A DNA stretch of 57,020 nt, filler included, from Sphacelaria rigidula (GCA_964200075.2; 8 parts of 8 records of this genome joined end to end with filler, not necessarily neighbours in it); one strand, 5' to 3'. Counted from the whole stretch's first letter, positions 34,703 to 47,798 are shown. Program-made: numbers and translations. The notes: generated by a model from the sequence alone, not told the origin.

Positions 34703-35601
34703 GATGACAGTGAAGCAAGCAGCGCTGTTGTGGGGTGAAAAGGGGTGAGGCCTTGATGAGCAGCGGGATTCCAAACGCTTTTTCAGTAACATTTTTCGAT
34801 AGCCCAAAGCTATTAGAAAATCAGGATCTTCTGATCACTTTGGGCTATCGAAAAATGTCATCAGAAAAAGTTGTATACAAAAACGCGTTCTCTGATCACG
34901 TGAGAAGTGGGTTTGCGGTCGTTTATCAGAAAGCGCGTTTGTTTTTAGAGTTTTTTTTATACATTAGAAGTAGCTTAAGTCCAAAATAATTCCCGAAGTT
35001 TTTGTGGATTGACGGATCTCCGAGAAAATTGAGCGGTCTTCGAGAAAACTGCAAGTTTGGGATGAAAACAACTGCGGCCACCGGGGAAACGCATAGGTTT
35101 TCTAGAACCGTCTCAACGAGTACAGCAAGGCATTCCAAGTTATTGAAATCCACCTGGCTCTCCTTTAGAGAGTAAAACAACGCAGAAGCTCCAAAAAGGC
35201 ATTTTCCAGTTTTTAATTTCGTCTGTTATGAGTAGCGGCCTGATAGAGATGTTCTTTTGTCCCCGCAAAATAAATCGCGGGGGAAAACGACTGTCAAAAT
35301 CGGCCTAAATTATTGTTTTGATCTTGTCTCATAGAAGTTGGTCCGAGCAAGATATCTTGGGGAGGTAGCCATGGACATCATCTACAGTTGTCGACCAACA
35401 TGACGCTGTTTCATTCTTGATCGATTGTGCATCATACGTTGTTCATGGGAGGAGGTAGTAAAAGCGTGACACTGGACAAGGATCACACCCTGGACAATAC
35501 AAAATCTTTTCAATCTATATATATATTGGTTGAGGACCGACGCCCGGATGGGTAGGGTGACTCGTGTACAGAGTCGAGCTAGGGGACATTGTAGGAGGTT
35601 T

Positions 35602-35701
35602 NNNNNNNNNNNNNNNNNNNNNNNNNNNNNNNNNNNNNNNNNNNNTTAATTAATTAANNNNNNNNNNNNNNNNNNNNNNNNNNNNNNNNNNNNNNNNNNN
35701 N
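35602..35701. other. Artificial contig-joining spacer
   Basis: Same 100-bp spacer. Confidence 0.99.
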
Positions 35702-35702
35702 C

Positions 35703-36455
35703 GAGACCGCCGCGGCGTTACGCGCTCAAGCTGTCGAGCTCGAGAGCAAGCGCGAACAAGAACGTCGCGCCGGCGCCGACCGCTCCTTCAACACCTTCGA
35801 CTCCAACAACGACGGCACGGTAGACGTGCAAGAGCTGCAGGCCGGCCTAGTCACGCCCCTGCGTCGGAGCTTCACCAAGCAACTGACGGCGCGGATGGGC
35901 CGCAAGCCCAGCGAAGAGGAGGTGGACGCCCGCATCGCCGAGCTGCCGGGAGGCACGCTGTTGCCCGACGACCTGGCCCGGAAGCTCATTGCCGTGTACG
36001 ACCAGACCAGCGACGGCGTGTTGCAGCAGTCCGAGTTCGCACCCACTGAGGAGCTCCGCATGAGGTTGGAGAACATGTTCCGCGAGCAAAAAGAGGAGGA
36101 GCGCTTGGTCAGGATGGCGGAGCGGGAGCGAGAGATGGCGGAGAGGCTGGGCGCGGAGGGCGAGACGTCGGGGGCGGTGGTGCTGCGCGACGGAGGGGTG
36201 AATGACGGCGAGCCGACGTCGGCGGACAAGGCGTTGTCGGCGCTGCCGTACGTGTTACCGCTGGTGGACGGGTTGTCTTACGCGGGGCACCTGCTCGCAT
36301 CGCACCCGGAGCAGATGGCGGTGTTGCAGCCTTTGTTGTTGGTGCTGCTGGCTGTCCGGTCGTTGCCGTTCGCGACGCTGATCGGCTTCTTTGGGCTGTC
36401 TTCGTTGAGCAACAACCCTCAGATCAACAAGCTGGTGCGGTTCAACATGAAACAG
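35703..36455 (+). CDS. TIC20: EF-hand + Tic20/Ycf60-family plastid membrane protein, penultimate exon (5'-truncated by the contig end)
   Basis: GC-rich open frame from the contig start. EF-hand loops FNTFDSNNDGTVDVQEL and YDQTSDGVLQQSEF, a charged linker, then Tic20 motifs DKALSALPYVLPLVDGL and NKLVRFNMKQ. Donor CAG|GTGAGA, phase 0. Confidence 0.9.
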
Positions 36456-37603
36456 GTGAGAGTTTGTCCCTGACTCGAAATGTTATTTGCATTCACACTG
36501 TAGTATGCAAGTCGATAGAGTGGCTGCACAATACTGTTATTTATCATAGCTGGTTGTTGCGGTCTCGGGTCTTCATGTTCATATCCCTCGACACAGTTTT
36601 GAGCTGGTGGCGGTTGCGGGGCAATCCCGCGTCTATGCCTTCTATTAGTTGGTATCTACTGCGACTCTGTGGCCGTCCAATGATTATCAAAGTATACTAA
36701 TAATAGTCTTCTCAGGAGTACCCGTATCTCAACTTGCTACAGTAGTGGGCGGTCTAAAGTATTCATTTTGTGGCATTTTGTGATTCTTCGTATTTGGGGG
36801 ATTTCCTTGGGCCATCTTGCCTTTCCAGCGCCCATCACATGGGGGATCTCGAGAAATTTGTATCCGCTCCACATCCACATTCCAAGATATATAAAAAAAA
36901 TGGTACCAAACATTGAGTGACTCACGGACTGCTCGGTCATCAGGGGTCTTGCCACGTTTTGGCCCAGATTCTCACTCTTTGGTATTTTCGATCGACGGAG
37001 ACTGTCCTGATCATTTCGTGAAAAAATGTACAGCTTTATTTTTGAAAATTCTACCTACTCAATGCTAGGGCCGAAAAACTGTTCAATACAGACGGGATTC
37101 TCGCGTGCTCTGCAGTTGTAATTGGACAACAGGAAGAAAAATCGCGTGCGTTCTTTGCCGCCGCCGTGCCTTTAAAAACTGGGCGGAAGGAAGTAGGCGC
37201 CAGTCCGTTCCACCGTGTACGAGGCATTCAACATCGTCCTAGCCGAAGCTTGCGTCGTCGTTGCTTGTAGTACACGCGCTGTGCGAATGAGGGAGTCCCT
37301 GACACTTGCACAGTCGAGGGATGAGCACGTGTAGAATCTGCGGACCAAAATGGTTGACACGGTTGTACTACCGTCTTCATACCCGTACAACCCTTGATCT
37401 TTGTCGAACTACGCATTCGCCTGTTTTCCAACGTGTAGTTCTCTCTCCTCGTATCCTTCGTAGATCGAGGCCTATCCTTGGCACTTCTTGCACCTCGATA
37501 ATGTAGAGCATGTGGCATGTACTCACCACGCCTGAAAACCTTCTTTCTAGTACAATCGAAACGTGCAAAATACTCACCCTTCGACCTCCTTGCCCAACAT
37601 CAG

Positions 37604-37852
37604 GCAATCAACTTGGATATTGCGCTCATCGTTCCCGGGATCTTGGGAGCCTTGGCATCCGCTTCCCTTGGCCAGGATGCGTACAAGTTGGCACCGTTGG
37701 CAGACGCAGGGTCGGATTTGATATTTGTGGCTCTTCTGGCGGCCGTAATGTACTCGGTGGGCTCCTCTGGTCTGGGGGAGTTCCCCAACAAGCTTCCGTT
37801 CTTCGGACAGATGAACCGCGAGAACCCGGAGCAGGATCAGGAAGAGTTGTGA
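37604..37852 (+). CDS. TIC20: EF-hand + Tic20-family protein, final exon
   Basis: Branch-like TACTCAC, pyrimidine tract and CATCAG| acceptor. Splicing gives VRFNMKQ|AINLDIALIVP (Tic20 RF(N/H)xxQAxxLDI signature), two further hydrophobic helices, GEFPNKLPFFG and a TGA stop. Confidence 0.92.
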   Translation, partial: AINLDIALIVPGILGALASASLGQDAYKLAPLADAGSDLIFVALLAAVMYSVGSSGLGEFPNKLPFFGQMNRENPEQDQEEL

Positions 37853-39949
37853 TTTTGGTTGACAGTTTTGGTTGTGAGCTTCGGCTCTTCTTCTGTTTCG
37901 TGTTGTTTAATATTAGTCTTGACATGAAAATTTAGTATGCAGTGTAATATGCAGCAGTGATGTTTTGTGGTTGTGGATGTCCGTGTAGTGTAGACTGCAA
38001 TCTAGTCATCCGCGTCAGTTCGAGCTTCAGTGACGAGTAAGGGTGCGTGTGGTGTCTTGAGCATTTGGTTGTACAAAGTAGAGCCTTCAGTAGTCCGCAA
38101 TAGAGCGCTGATGACTGTTTTTACACACGAGCCATCATTTTTTCGTAGAAGCTCGGTGTTGTTTCGTTGACGGTACTAAGCGTAAGCGAGAGCAGCGGAC
38201 GGTGCATTACGGTGCCGCATGGTGTGTCCGTTGTTCCCGGTAGAGAGTGAAGGTAGGGTGAATGTCGCTGCGTTCTTGATTTGTACACACATGCGCTAGA
38301 ATTAAGGAGCCATTGAGTTCCACATCGGTACAGTTTTGTTCCATGAATCAATGACTTGAACGTATCCCCATGCCTCGTTCGCGGGAAATGGTTGGTTTGG
38401 CCGCCGTACGGTGCCCACCACGTATGTGGGATCAGACATGTGCGATCCATATCGCGTTGTGATGCTGCCCGACAGATTGCGTGTCTGCAATCTGTGCTGA
38501 CCCCGTCGGGGAACGGGCACGGCAAAGACACACGTGCTTGGCGCTCCATGTGCCCGAAGGGCAATGAAGTGCACCGTCCGGCGTGTGCTGCATCTTCATA
38601 TCGTTGCGTACGTGCAGCGGTCTATCGCACAGTGTACAGCCGCGTACATTTCGTTCCACTGACGTCTGTTAAGGGTGCACTCTGTCGTCAATATCCCGTT
38701 GAAAATTTACGTCAGGGGATGATATATTAGTCTGAGACCTGCGTGTGCGTGTGCCGCGACGTACTGCTCTACATAACTGGCTGTTGCGCAAGCAGACGAT
38801 GACCGTTCATCGAGGGCCTAGGACTGAGCGCGACCCACTTCATCCACGCGATGCACCCCTCCTTGTCTATCCACCGTGGTAACACAGGAGATTTGCTCCC
38901 GTCGTGAACGCGGGATACTTCCGAGAACATTCTCATCAGGCAGACGTGCGAAACAAGGCGAATAGTTGCAAACAAACATACACTGAAAAATGGTGAAATG
39001 CTGAACCCACGATCACTAGAACACGAAGGGAGGAGGAGGATGCGGGGAGCCCATGCCGGGTACCACCCTCCACGAATACACTCGTCATTGAGGACGAGGC
39101 ACCCTTCCCACAGATATTCGGTTTGGACGAGAAAACGGCCAGAACAAGAAGAAATGGTGCTGCTGACCGGTGTGTGACACTTCGCCCCAACGGAAGCATG
39201 AGTAACGATTCTTCGCAACACAGTGAGGGATGTGATAAACATCAAGGAGCAGAAGCAAGTTAATATGCAAACCTTCAAAGCCCACCAAACTTTTCAGTTT
39301 TCTTTCAGGGTTTATTAATTAATTTCATGTCACAAACTTGACAGAAGAAAAACGAAACAGTGTTCATCATAGGTACCTGAGGCTCGGTTCCCGGTTTCCT
39401 GGTTTATTCTCTGGCTCTGGGTTTTGTACTATTGTTTCAAGTGAAAGTGATGGCAATTCATGGCAGGACCTGACCTGGCGGTCAAAAGGTATCATCATCT
39501 CAACAGATTGTGCTGGATAGCCACCACTGTCAGCTGGAAAAATGGAACAAACAAACCAGAATTCCGGAAACCGAGTTTGAGATACCTCTATCGACAATTT
39601 TCTTGCGACAAAGTTGACAGAAAAATAATACGAGTGACAATTGTCGAAAAAATGCCCTGAGGGAGGGGAGGGGAGGGGTGGGGGTACGTGTCCGAAAATT
39701 TTCTCCGCACTGCCCCCTGGAGACATGAGAAAATTGTGATGGGAATATAGCGTAAAGAATATGCAGAGAAAATAATTTCCCGCTCAAGTTGAAAAAGCTG
39801 TGTGGAAGAAAAGTAAAAAAGCGACGACTGGAGTGAGGTGGGTTGAAGAAGTCGAAAAAGTATGGCAGGAGATAAGAGGAAACCAAGACAAAATGCTGCC
39901 CACAGGTGAAGGCGGGGGGTACAAGACAAGAAAGTGAGAGGCGTGGTGA

Positions 39950-40520
39950 AAATCAGGGCATGGGAGCGCTGATACGAAAACTACAGGAGGAAAAACACCT
40001 GCATGGCCCAGTGGACGCGGCGAAAAAAACGAGACGTCGATTAACACCTGCATGGCCCAGTGGACGCGGCGAAAAAAACGAGACGTCGATTTCGGGTTGG
40101 GGACCCGGACTGGCCAGAAAGACGAGAGATATTTGCCACGAGTCGAGAAGGTGTATGTGCACAGAGTTGCCCTCTGTGGTGAAGCAATGGAAAGCAGATC
40201 ATTTAGTGGTGGAATGTGAACTATACAGGGAGGAACGGGACGTGAACGAAGGTGGCATGCACTCGTTTCATCCATGAGACAGTAGCAAGACGATAGCAAT
40301 ACTGTAGGAAATGAATGGTAACCACAAACGGCTAAGCAGGACGGGGATATGATACGTAAAATGTCTTTCGTAAAATGTATGGATCGAACGCAATGAGCAC
40401 CTAAAAGTTGGAGGTGTATCTATTAGTGGGAACGGTGCCCCGTCTCGGAAGGGATGCGTGGTCGATGGTCAAACGACCGAGGCAAGCAGCAAATGAGTAC
40501 GCCCCCGTCCCCGCCCCCCC
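39950..40520 (+). mobile_element. Decayed LINE (non-LTR retrotransposon) ORF2 C-terminus and 3' end
   Basis: Frameshifted peptides LHGPVDAAK..RFRVGDPDWPERR and SCP(C)GEAMESR.HLVVECELYREERDV (C-terminal CCHC-type finger), then NGAPSRKGCVVDGQTTEASSK* and a C-rich tail. Confidence 0.7.
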
Positions 40521-42419
40521 AGACCATCATCTTGCAAGCGTTGAGATCGTACCTATAAGCCACCATCTCACTATTCACACAGTCGGGAAACTTTCTAGGA
40601 TCCCTATGTTTCGCTCCCTCTTTGTTTCCTAGGTCGAACAATTTCTGACCAGCCGCCGAAATGTCGACATCTGGTCAACATCAATTCCGGGGGGGAAATC
40701 GGCCAGAGAGAGACGACCAGGTTCGTTGCACCATCATCCAACTTGTTTTAGCCCCATGCACTTTCTCCTGTTGAATTTGGTTGATCTCACGCAAGCTACA
40801 ACGAAGAACCCGCAGCCATCCTCTACTCAACATCGCAAACCGCCACATCAGCAGCACTATCGACACGCACATACATGAACACGTCTCCATCAGCAGCAGC
40901 CAACACCATTGCACTACCCTTTGGTCATGAGTATACCTCACGGGTAATTCGGGGAGCGATCGTTGCCTAGTCGCCCCTCAAGACAAGGTAGCACGTGATG
41001 GAAGCGCGATCGACGGTAGCTGCACAGCACAACACACTACACGTAGAATATGTCATACGACATTCGAGCACTCGAAATAGATCACACAACACTTCAACCC
41101 TGAGATATGTGATATACCGACGAACACACACACACAGGTTTAGCTCACCGCGCGGAATGCAATTGGTATTTCTCAGGATTAAATTGAAAGAGCACGTACA
41201 CCATGCCAAGGCAAGGTCAGTGTGAAAGCAAGGCAACGGATTACAAAAGATACATGATATTTCCCGGTCAGAAGACGGGTGACATTCTCGACGAATACAT
41301 CTGTCACTCCCAGACGTGAACGTGCGCTTACTTCGAGTATCACATCTGATCACCACTTTGCATATGCCACCACATTGTATTCTACATACGTGTGTACGTA
41401 AGACATACAAATCTCGAGCTACACGACCACCACGTCACCAAATACGGGAGACTGACACTGCACATGACTTAAAATCAAGAGCAAGTACGGCATGCCAAGG
41501 CAGGCCAATATGGAAACAAGGCGACGCATCCCAAAAAATCACCCCGTCTCCCGCACAAACACGGAACAAAATTCTTGATGGAAAAACATCTACAGCCTCA
41601 CTACTGCCCCTTGTTTCGCTCGCAAAATCGGCATCCTGTCTTTGGTTTCCATCTACAATACCACCCCTGATGCCCCCAAAAGTGACCACCCGCTCTCTTT
41701 GAGCACAATAAAATAGGCGTCTAGATGCGCACCCGTTTCTTCGTTTCTACCCCACATCTCCTTCAGTTCCTACGAGCAAGTAGTGGAAACATACTCGGGA
41801 GCGGTACACGAATCCATGTGGCACCTATGCGTGCTTGATTCGAATTAAACCTGTCCGATCCTGTCGCTCCCAGGAGTGTCCTGCCTACTGAACCGCTCAC
41901 ATCGAGCAGTACAAAATTTCATGAGATGTGTGCGCGCTCATCTCTACCCTGCTCGATGTCTCGTGCTATGCAGTATCATCAGATCTACCCACGTCGGACT
42001 ACTCGTCCACAGATAGTTATATAGAGGCACTTCAGGTGCCGTCACGCCAACCTTCAGCCAGTCAGGTGTGAACGCCTCGCTTTTCGTTGTACCTCAGTTG
42101 ACCCATGATCAACCCCTGACTTATTAGTAGAACAGGTACCCCACTGCCTTACGCATGTCTTGCCTACGCTGCTCCCCAGAGTCGACGGAAAACCACACCA
42201 AGCAACTACACCCAGCGCCTCCTCCACACACTGGCGACTAGTGCACTCTCCTCTACTCCGGACCCCACAGACCATCTGCAGCAGACATGATACGTGCGAT
42301 GGGAATAGGGGAGGAGCGTGAGTGAATGCAGGGCGGACTGTAAGGTCCACGGCGTCAGTAAATACAAAAATTCCAGTAGGTGAGGTTTCAATGGGTGTGT
42401 AGTCATTCCCTCAACTCCC

Positions 42420-42540
42420 CGCCCTTTCCCAGGAAAGGTCCGTAGTCTCCAGGTATCGACCAGTCTCCACCTTGGTACTTTACATCGCCATCCCGGAGTG
42501 GACCTCGGATTATCAGTCTCGCTCGTCGACGACGGCTTCT
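42420..42540 (-). pseudogene. Possible chromodomain remnant of a Ty3/gypsy-type retrotransposon
   Basis: Broken minus-strand peptides EAVVDER...GDVKY...TDLSWE resemble the chromodomain E.I.D.R...Y.V.W...D.SWE pattern. Contains stops and frameshifts. Confidence 0.3.
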
Positions 42541-42741
42541 AGCCGAATGATCAGTGGGTTGAATGTCAACCCTGCCGATGTGGGCAGGAAATAATGGTAT
42601 ATGGTGATGTCTACAAGCAACCAGCGAGCGTGTCGGAAGTTAGGGGGGCGGGGGGGGGGGGGGGGGCGAACTTCTTTGTTGTGTGGAGTGGGTTTGTTTT
42701 TGGGGGTAATTCTTTTTTGTGGGGTGGGGGAGAGGAAAGCG

Positions 42742-42841
42742 NNNNNNNNNNNNNNNNNNNNNNNNNNNNNNNNNNNNNNNNNNNNTTAATTAATTAANNN
42801 NNNNNNNNNNNNNNNNNNNNNNNNNNNNNNNNNNNNNNNNN
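42742..42841. other. Artificial contig-joining spacer
   Basis: Same 100-bp spacer. Confidence 0.99.
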
Positions 42842-43339
42842 CCGTCGACGCTTCACGGTACCATGGAGTATTTCGGTAATCATTTCTTGCGTCAGCGCTC
42901 TGTCTCCCGGTCCTCACCCTGAGTCTCTTCGTGTGCCCTCGACGAGAAGAGGTTCATAGAGCTTACCTCCTTCTTCGCCGGCTAGCGGTGAGGGTATTTG
43001 CGCCTTTTCCTCAACACAAGCTATTACGTGCGTCGAGTCGGTAGCTTAGCCAACAATCCGCACAGAAGGCTCTCCCATGAGTTTGTCAACTCTGCTCGCT
43101 ATAATAGTCATCCACCAGTTTCCTGGCCCCAACCAATATTTCCTCTCATATTTTATCCACTCAACTTGGAGGGATTCTTTTTCGCCGCGTTGATAGGGCG
43201 CGGTATTCGAACCCAGAAACTTTTGCTCACGAAACGTACCGAGTCGTATCATGGCGTCACCAATGTGAAAGGTAATAACCCCTCAACGGAAACTTGCGGG
43301 AGTTTTCCCTCTTCTACATGGTATTTATTGTCCACACAC

Positions 43340-43450
43340 CTGCTCATTTCAACCCGCCAATTCGAGTTACCGGCGAACGCGCCCGCCGGTCCCAGTCCTT
43401 CCTTCACTTCTGTCGGCGCCACAAAGGCGCTTTTATCGCGGGCGGCTTGC
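43340..43450 (-). CDS. Exon of the contig-7 unknown gene (QAARDKSAFVAPTEVKEGLGPAGAFAGNSNWRVEMS)
   Basis: Acceptor CGACAG|, donor CAG|GTGTGT, 111 bp. The phase 2 start matches the phase 2 end of exon 43727-43869. Confidence 0.65.
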
Positions 43451-43726
43451 CTGTCGTCGATTGAAACGTCAAAATTAATTCATGAAGAAAAAAGAAGGAA
43501 AGAAAAAAGGAAATGTCTCCCGTTGGACGGCAATGCAGTCGTTGGTGTTGGCCCCCTCGTATCAAGGCCATTTTCGTTTCCTTCATTTTAATCAGTGTAC
43601 GGATAAGTGCTCTTGTCGTACGTAAGATTCCAAGAACACCTCCGTCGTCAAAACCCCTGAAATAAATCCCCATGCGAGCGGTCAACCAGCGCGGACACCA
43701 AGCCTATGTACCACAACGAAACCCAC

Positions 43727-43869
43727 CCTGCCACCAATCTCGATTTTCCCATGGCTCCTCCAGATGCCGAATAGATTCCCGTGTCTGAACCCACCCTCGG
43801 CAGAGATTTATGCCCCCCAATACGCCCAGCCCAAGGTCCCCTCTGTACACCACCACGATCCAATGACGC
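43727..43869 (-). CDS. Exon of the contig-7 unknown gene (ASLDRGGVQRGPWAGRIGGHKSLPRVGSDTGIYSASGGAMGKSRLVA)
   Basis: Strong acceptor CCTTCTCTTCCCCAG| and donor AGG|GTGGGT. Phase 0 to 2, compatible with both neighbours. Confidence 0.7.
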
Positions 43870-44168
43870 CTGGGGAAGAGAAGGGTAGAATGGGGACGAA
43901 GGAAAGCCACACGCAAGCGTGGGTGTGGTGGGGGGAAGGTGGACGTCAGGGGCTGGGCAGCTAAGATGGACAAACGCACCGGACGTTTTTCATCACCGAG
44001 AAATAGTGCAGGAGGACGAACATAGAAACGAAAATAGAACGACATATAAAACATCCAAAAAATAGACTCAACTAGACCCAGATAAACAGAGAAAAAAAAA
44101 ATTATAGGGGGGGAGGGGGACATAAAATAGAAGACGAAATGCCTGCCAACAATCCATCGCCCACTCAC

Positions 44169-46748
44169 CCTAGCTCCCGCATCAGTTTTCATGGGAAAAC
44201 CCATATTTGTGTCGGAAGCCCGCGGTCCCAACGACCCGAACCGATTTACGGAAGCAGAAGGACCAGAACTCGAAGCAAAAGAAGAAAACTGCATTCCGGT
44301 CTTCTTTCCTAACTCTTCTCCCTCACTGCGGCGACTGCTAACCGGGCGCACCAGAGGCCGCGTACCAGCACCCTGTACACCAGCCTTCATCGCCGCGGAC
44401 ACCGCCGCACTACCGAGCTCGCCACCCGTCGTCGGAGCTGCCGCCGCCGCTGACGACGACGAAGACGACGATGACGACGATGGCGATGACGACGATGGTA
44501 ATGGCGAATGCGGTGAAAACGACGTGATGGTCGTTGTTGGCGCTGCCGCCGCGGCCGCCGGTGCCTCGATCACCCCCGGCGTTGTCTCAGTCGTTGTCTC
44601 GGTCGTTGTCGCGGTTTTCGGCTGAAGAGGCTCAGTTGTGGCAGCAGCAGGCGGCACTTCCAGGGGCGAAGAACCGGTCGCCGCTGGTGACACCGCCTCG
44701 GTGCCCCTTTCTTCTTGAGGTTCGAATGGGAGCTGACCGCTGATGCTGGCGCTGGTATCGCCACGGATGCTGCCGCTGCCCTCCGCAGTCGCGGATTCTG
44801 CTGATTGCTGTCCTTCGTCGCCCTCTTTGTTCGCCTCCTGAGGCAACACCCCGACCAACACCTTGCTCGCAGCATCATCGACAGCGACACCATCAGGGAG
44901 AACAGGACAATCAGTGTCACCACGGCCGTCGCTTCCACCGTTCATGCTCACGGACGGTTCCTTCTCGGCCCCGTCGAGAGCGGCACCACCAGCCTCGGCG
45001 CCGCCGGCCGCACTTACAGTCTCTGATGATCCAGAAATGATCGGTTCTAACATTTCGTCAGCCGTTGATTTTTCAACTCTAGATGCCGCCGCCAAAGGAG
45101 GCTCGGCGGTCACGGGCTGTCCCGTGCCATGGAGTACCTTGTTCGCACCGGTCATTGAGACATTTGGTCTCGCCGCCACATCTTCATCGACTTCCTTTCG
45201 CGCGGGTCGCAACGGCGCAGTTGCCTCGCTCTTAGGCTTCTGGGGAGAGATTTTCATACCAATCACTTCACTCTTGGACGGCTGTCCACCGAGGCCTCCA
45301 TCTATTTGAAATTTCGAGGGTGATGACGCGTCCCTGGCCGGGCTCGGCTCTGCCTCACTCGGGGATTTTTCATCCGCATTCCCATCCGACAACACGGCGG
45401 ACGTGGATCCCGGTATCGTTGGCGACTTCGACACTGCTGCCGCACCCCTACCCCTTCGTGGCACCGCCGCTGCTGCCGCCGCCTTTTGCAACTCTTCCGC
45501 CTTGCGAACCGCTTCCGACGCAGACTTGGCCGCCGCGGCGGCCCGCTTTTGCGCCTGGTCGCGCTCCGCCACAGCTCTGGCAGCAGCGGCTTTCTTCGAC
45601 GCCCTAACCTCCGCGCGCTTCTCCTTGTTCTTGGAGCGACCACTGCCCTTCCCTGGTTGGATAATAGCAACGTCGGTCAGTTCCGATTCAGGTACCGACC
45701 CGGGCACCGATCCAGAGACGATTTCCGATTCGTCACCAACCGCTGGTCTAGGTACTGCGGGCGTGGACGCAGGGAACGCGCCGTCGAGCGACGTGGGTGC
45801 TTCTGATCCCGGTCTTTTGACGACAGAAATGTGGGGCCTTAGCGCGTTCATCAGTACGGGGGGCGAAGCTAACGACGACACAGTCGAAGACGGGCTTGCA
45901 GATCTCGGTGCTGGTGTCATGCTTCGGTTACCGCCGTCGCCACCACCAACACCGCCAGCCGCCGTCACCGCCGCCGATTCAACATCGCCTCGAGCGCCTC
46001 CAGTTATTTCGGTGTCCCATGAAGATACCGACGCGGCTCCGCCCTCTCCGCTCCACATGCTTAAACCATCAATGTTCACCCGGAGATCCTCATGATTCGT
46101 GTTGCCTTGAGGGTTAGAGCTTACGCCAAGATCTCCCCGCGCCCCGCTGTCGTCCGCCACTGCCGTTTTGCCGGCTCCGTCGTCAATCCCGGCGGCGGGA
46201 TTCGGCAAAGACGATGGTTTCGCGCTCGCGGCGTTGCCGCTGGCATGAACCAAATCAGAGGTTGACCCTGACTCCATCGACGACTCTCGGCAAAGGGCGG
46301 TCGCTCCGATTGCCCACGCGGCCTCTGCTTCAATCTCCTCTTCTGACTTTTTCACCTTGTTCGCGGCTCCGATTTCATCTTTAACAACATCGGAGCTACC
46401 GCCATCGCCGCGCCCGCTTCCTGTCTCATCTTCACTGCATTCCATGACAGGGGCAGCTAGGAAAGCGACACGTTCCTGGGAACGTCCAAAGGAATGTTCT
46501 GAGGCCCTCTTTCCATCTGAGGACAGGCGAGCCGCCTGCGACCTCGGCTTGATGGGAGAAACGAGAGGTTTCCCCGTCCCGCCCAAGGAAGAGTAGCTGG
46601 TAGAGCCACCACTATCTGCACTGGCGGAAGAAGGGACCGCGCTCGCCGATGACGAGAATCGAGAACTGCCGATGACAAAGCGTGAGGGTATTTCTGGCGC
46701 ATCGTGCACCATCGGTGACATAGGCTCCGACATTTCGCTGCACGGTTT
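44169..46748 (-). CDS. 2.58-kb exon (860 codons) of a Ser/Ala/Pro/Gly-rich, probably intrinsically disordered protein of unknown function
   Basis: Core of the 1016-aa ORF with GC-rich coding composition. Acceptor GTTGCAG| (46749) and donor AGG|GTGAGT (44168); beyond the donor the ORF reads AT-rich, intron-like sequence. Confidence 0.82.
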
Positions 46749-46875
46749 CTGCAACGTTTCGGAATGGTGGATGGGGGGACGGTTGTTGAGCTGCTCGACT
46801 GGCTGGTGCTTTGGTGGAGTGATGTCGCATGGGAGAGACTGGGTGTGCCAGGTAGGTTCGTTTCAGGTTCACACG

Positions 46876-46925
46876 GTGGTTCGGTTCGGTTCGGTTCGGT
46901 TCGGTTTAGTTTGGTTCGGTCGGTT
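46876..46925 (+). repeat. (GGTTC)n pentanucleotide microsatellite (intronic)
   Basis: Read directly from the sequence. Confidence 0.9.
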
Positions 46926-47798
46926 GGTTTCATCGTATTCGTTTGATTTCGCCGCATTCCGTCCGGTTTTGTTGCGGGAGGTGAGGAGGGGGAACGGAAG
47001 CACGCCGACGGCGGCACGGGAAGTGGTGGGGAGAGCGTCGTTTCGCGTCCGCGGGCGCGAGCGTTTGTCCGGGATAGTTGGTGAAATACATTCGCAACGG
47101 TTCGCCGGGTTAGGTTTAGCAGAAACAACCACCAGTGGCGACCCGGCGGAGGCGAGGGGGGTAGGGAGGCGGGTGAGGGGGAGGAGTACACATACAGCAT
47201 TGGGAATGGCCTAAGGTGGGACGCGGCAAAGCACACATGACGCCCACATTGGCGCTTACAGGCAAACCGAGGATAACATTAGCTACGGTATATCTGCGAT
47301 TGGCGAATGCGACTTGTGCTGCGGAAGGCGGCTGCGACTTCCGACGCTACATGTGGAGTGAACAAGTCTGCATGCGCGACGGGGACATCGCAGAGTGGAC
47401 GCCCGGCCCAGCCTGAAGTTGATACACTCGAAAGAGGCATATCAATCTTCACCTCCCACAAAAAATCACACTCGAACGTTCAGATTTCCTCTGCCCCCCC
47501 CGCCCTGCCCCCACCGTTACAGCCACCGTGAGCCCAGAAGCGATGCATCGAAAACCGGGAATTGTTCACGTGTCCACACATTCGGAGCATGGATTAAAAC
47601 GCTCACGCATGCGATGGAACAGATGCCCCGCTAACTGAAAGTGTACGACTCTTCAAGCTTAGTTTAACTATTGAAATACAACCGAGAAGTCGTCGAAGCA
47701 TACGTTCCTTGGGGGAAACAAAATTGAGGGAACTATTCGAGAGAAAGGCAAAAACAATACGTAACAAAAAAGCTAGCAATGTCAACAAGAACCCTCAC

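Noticed and set aside
34777..34940. Two short inverted repeats (TTTTTCGATAGCCCAAAG/CTTTGGGCTATCGAAAAA and a neighbour)
   Set aside because: Probably internal to an unresolved repeat element; no TSD or termini could be defined.
43704..44168. Hydrophobic C-terminus of the 1016-aa ORF as transmembrane segments
   Set aside because: It lies beyond a strong GTGAGT donor and is intron read-through; the next exon (43727-43869) is in a different frame.
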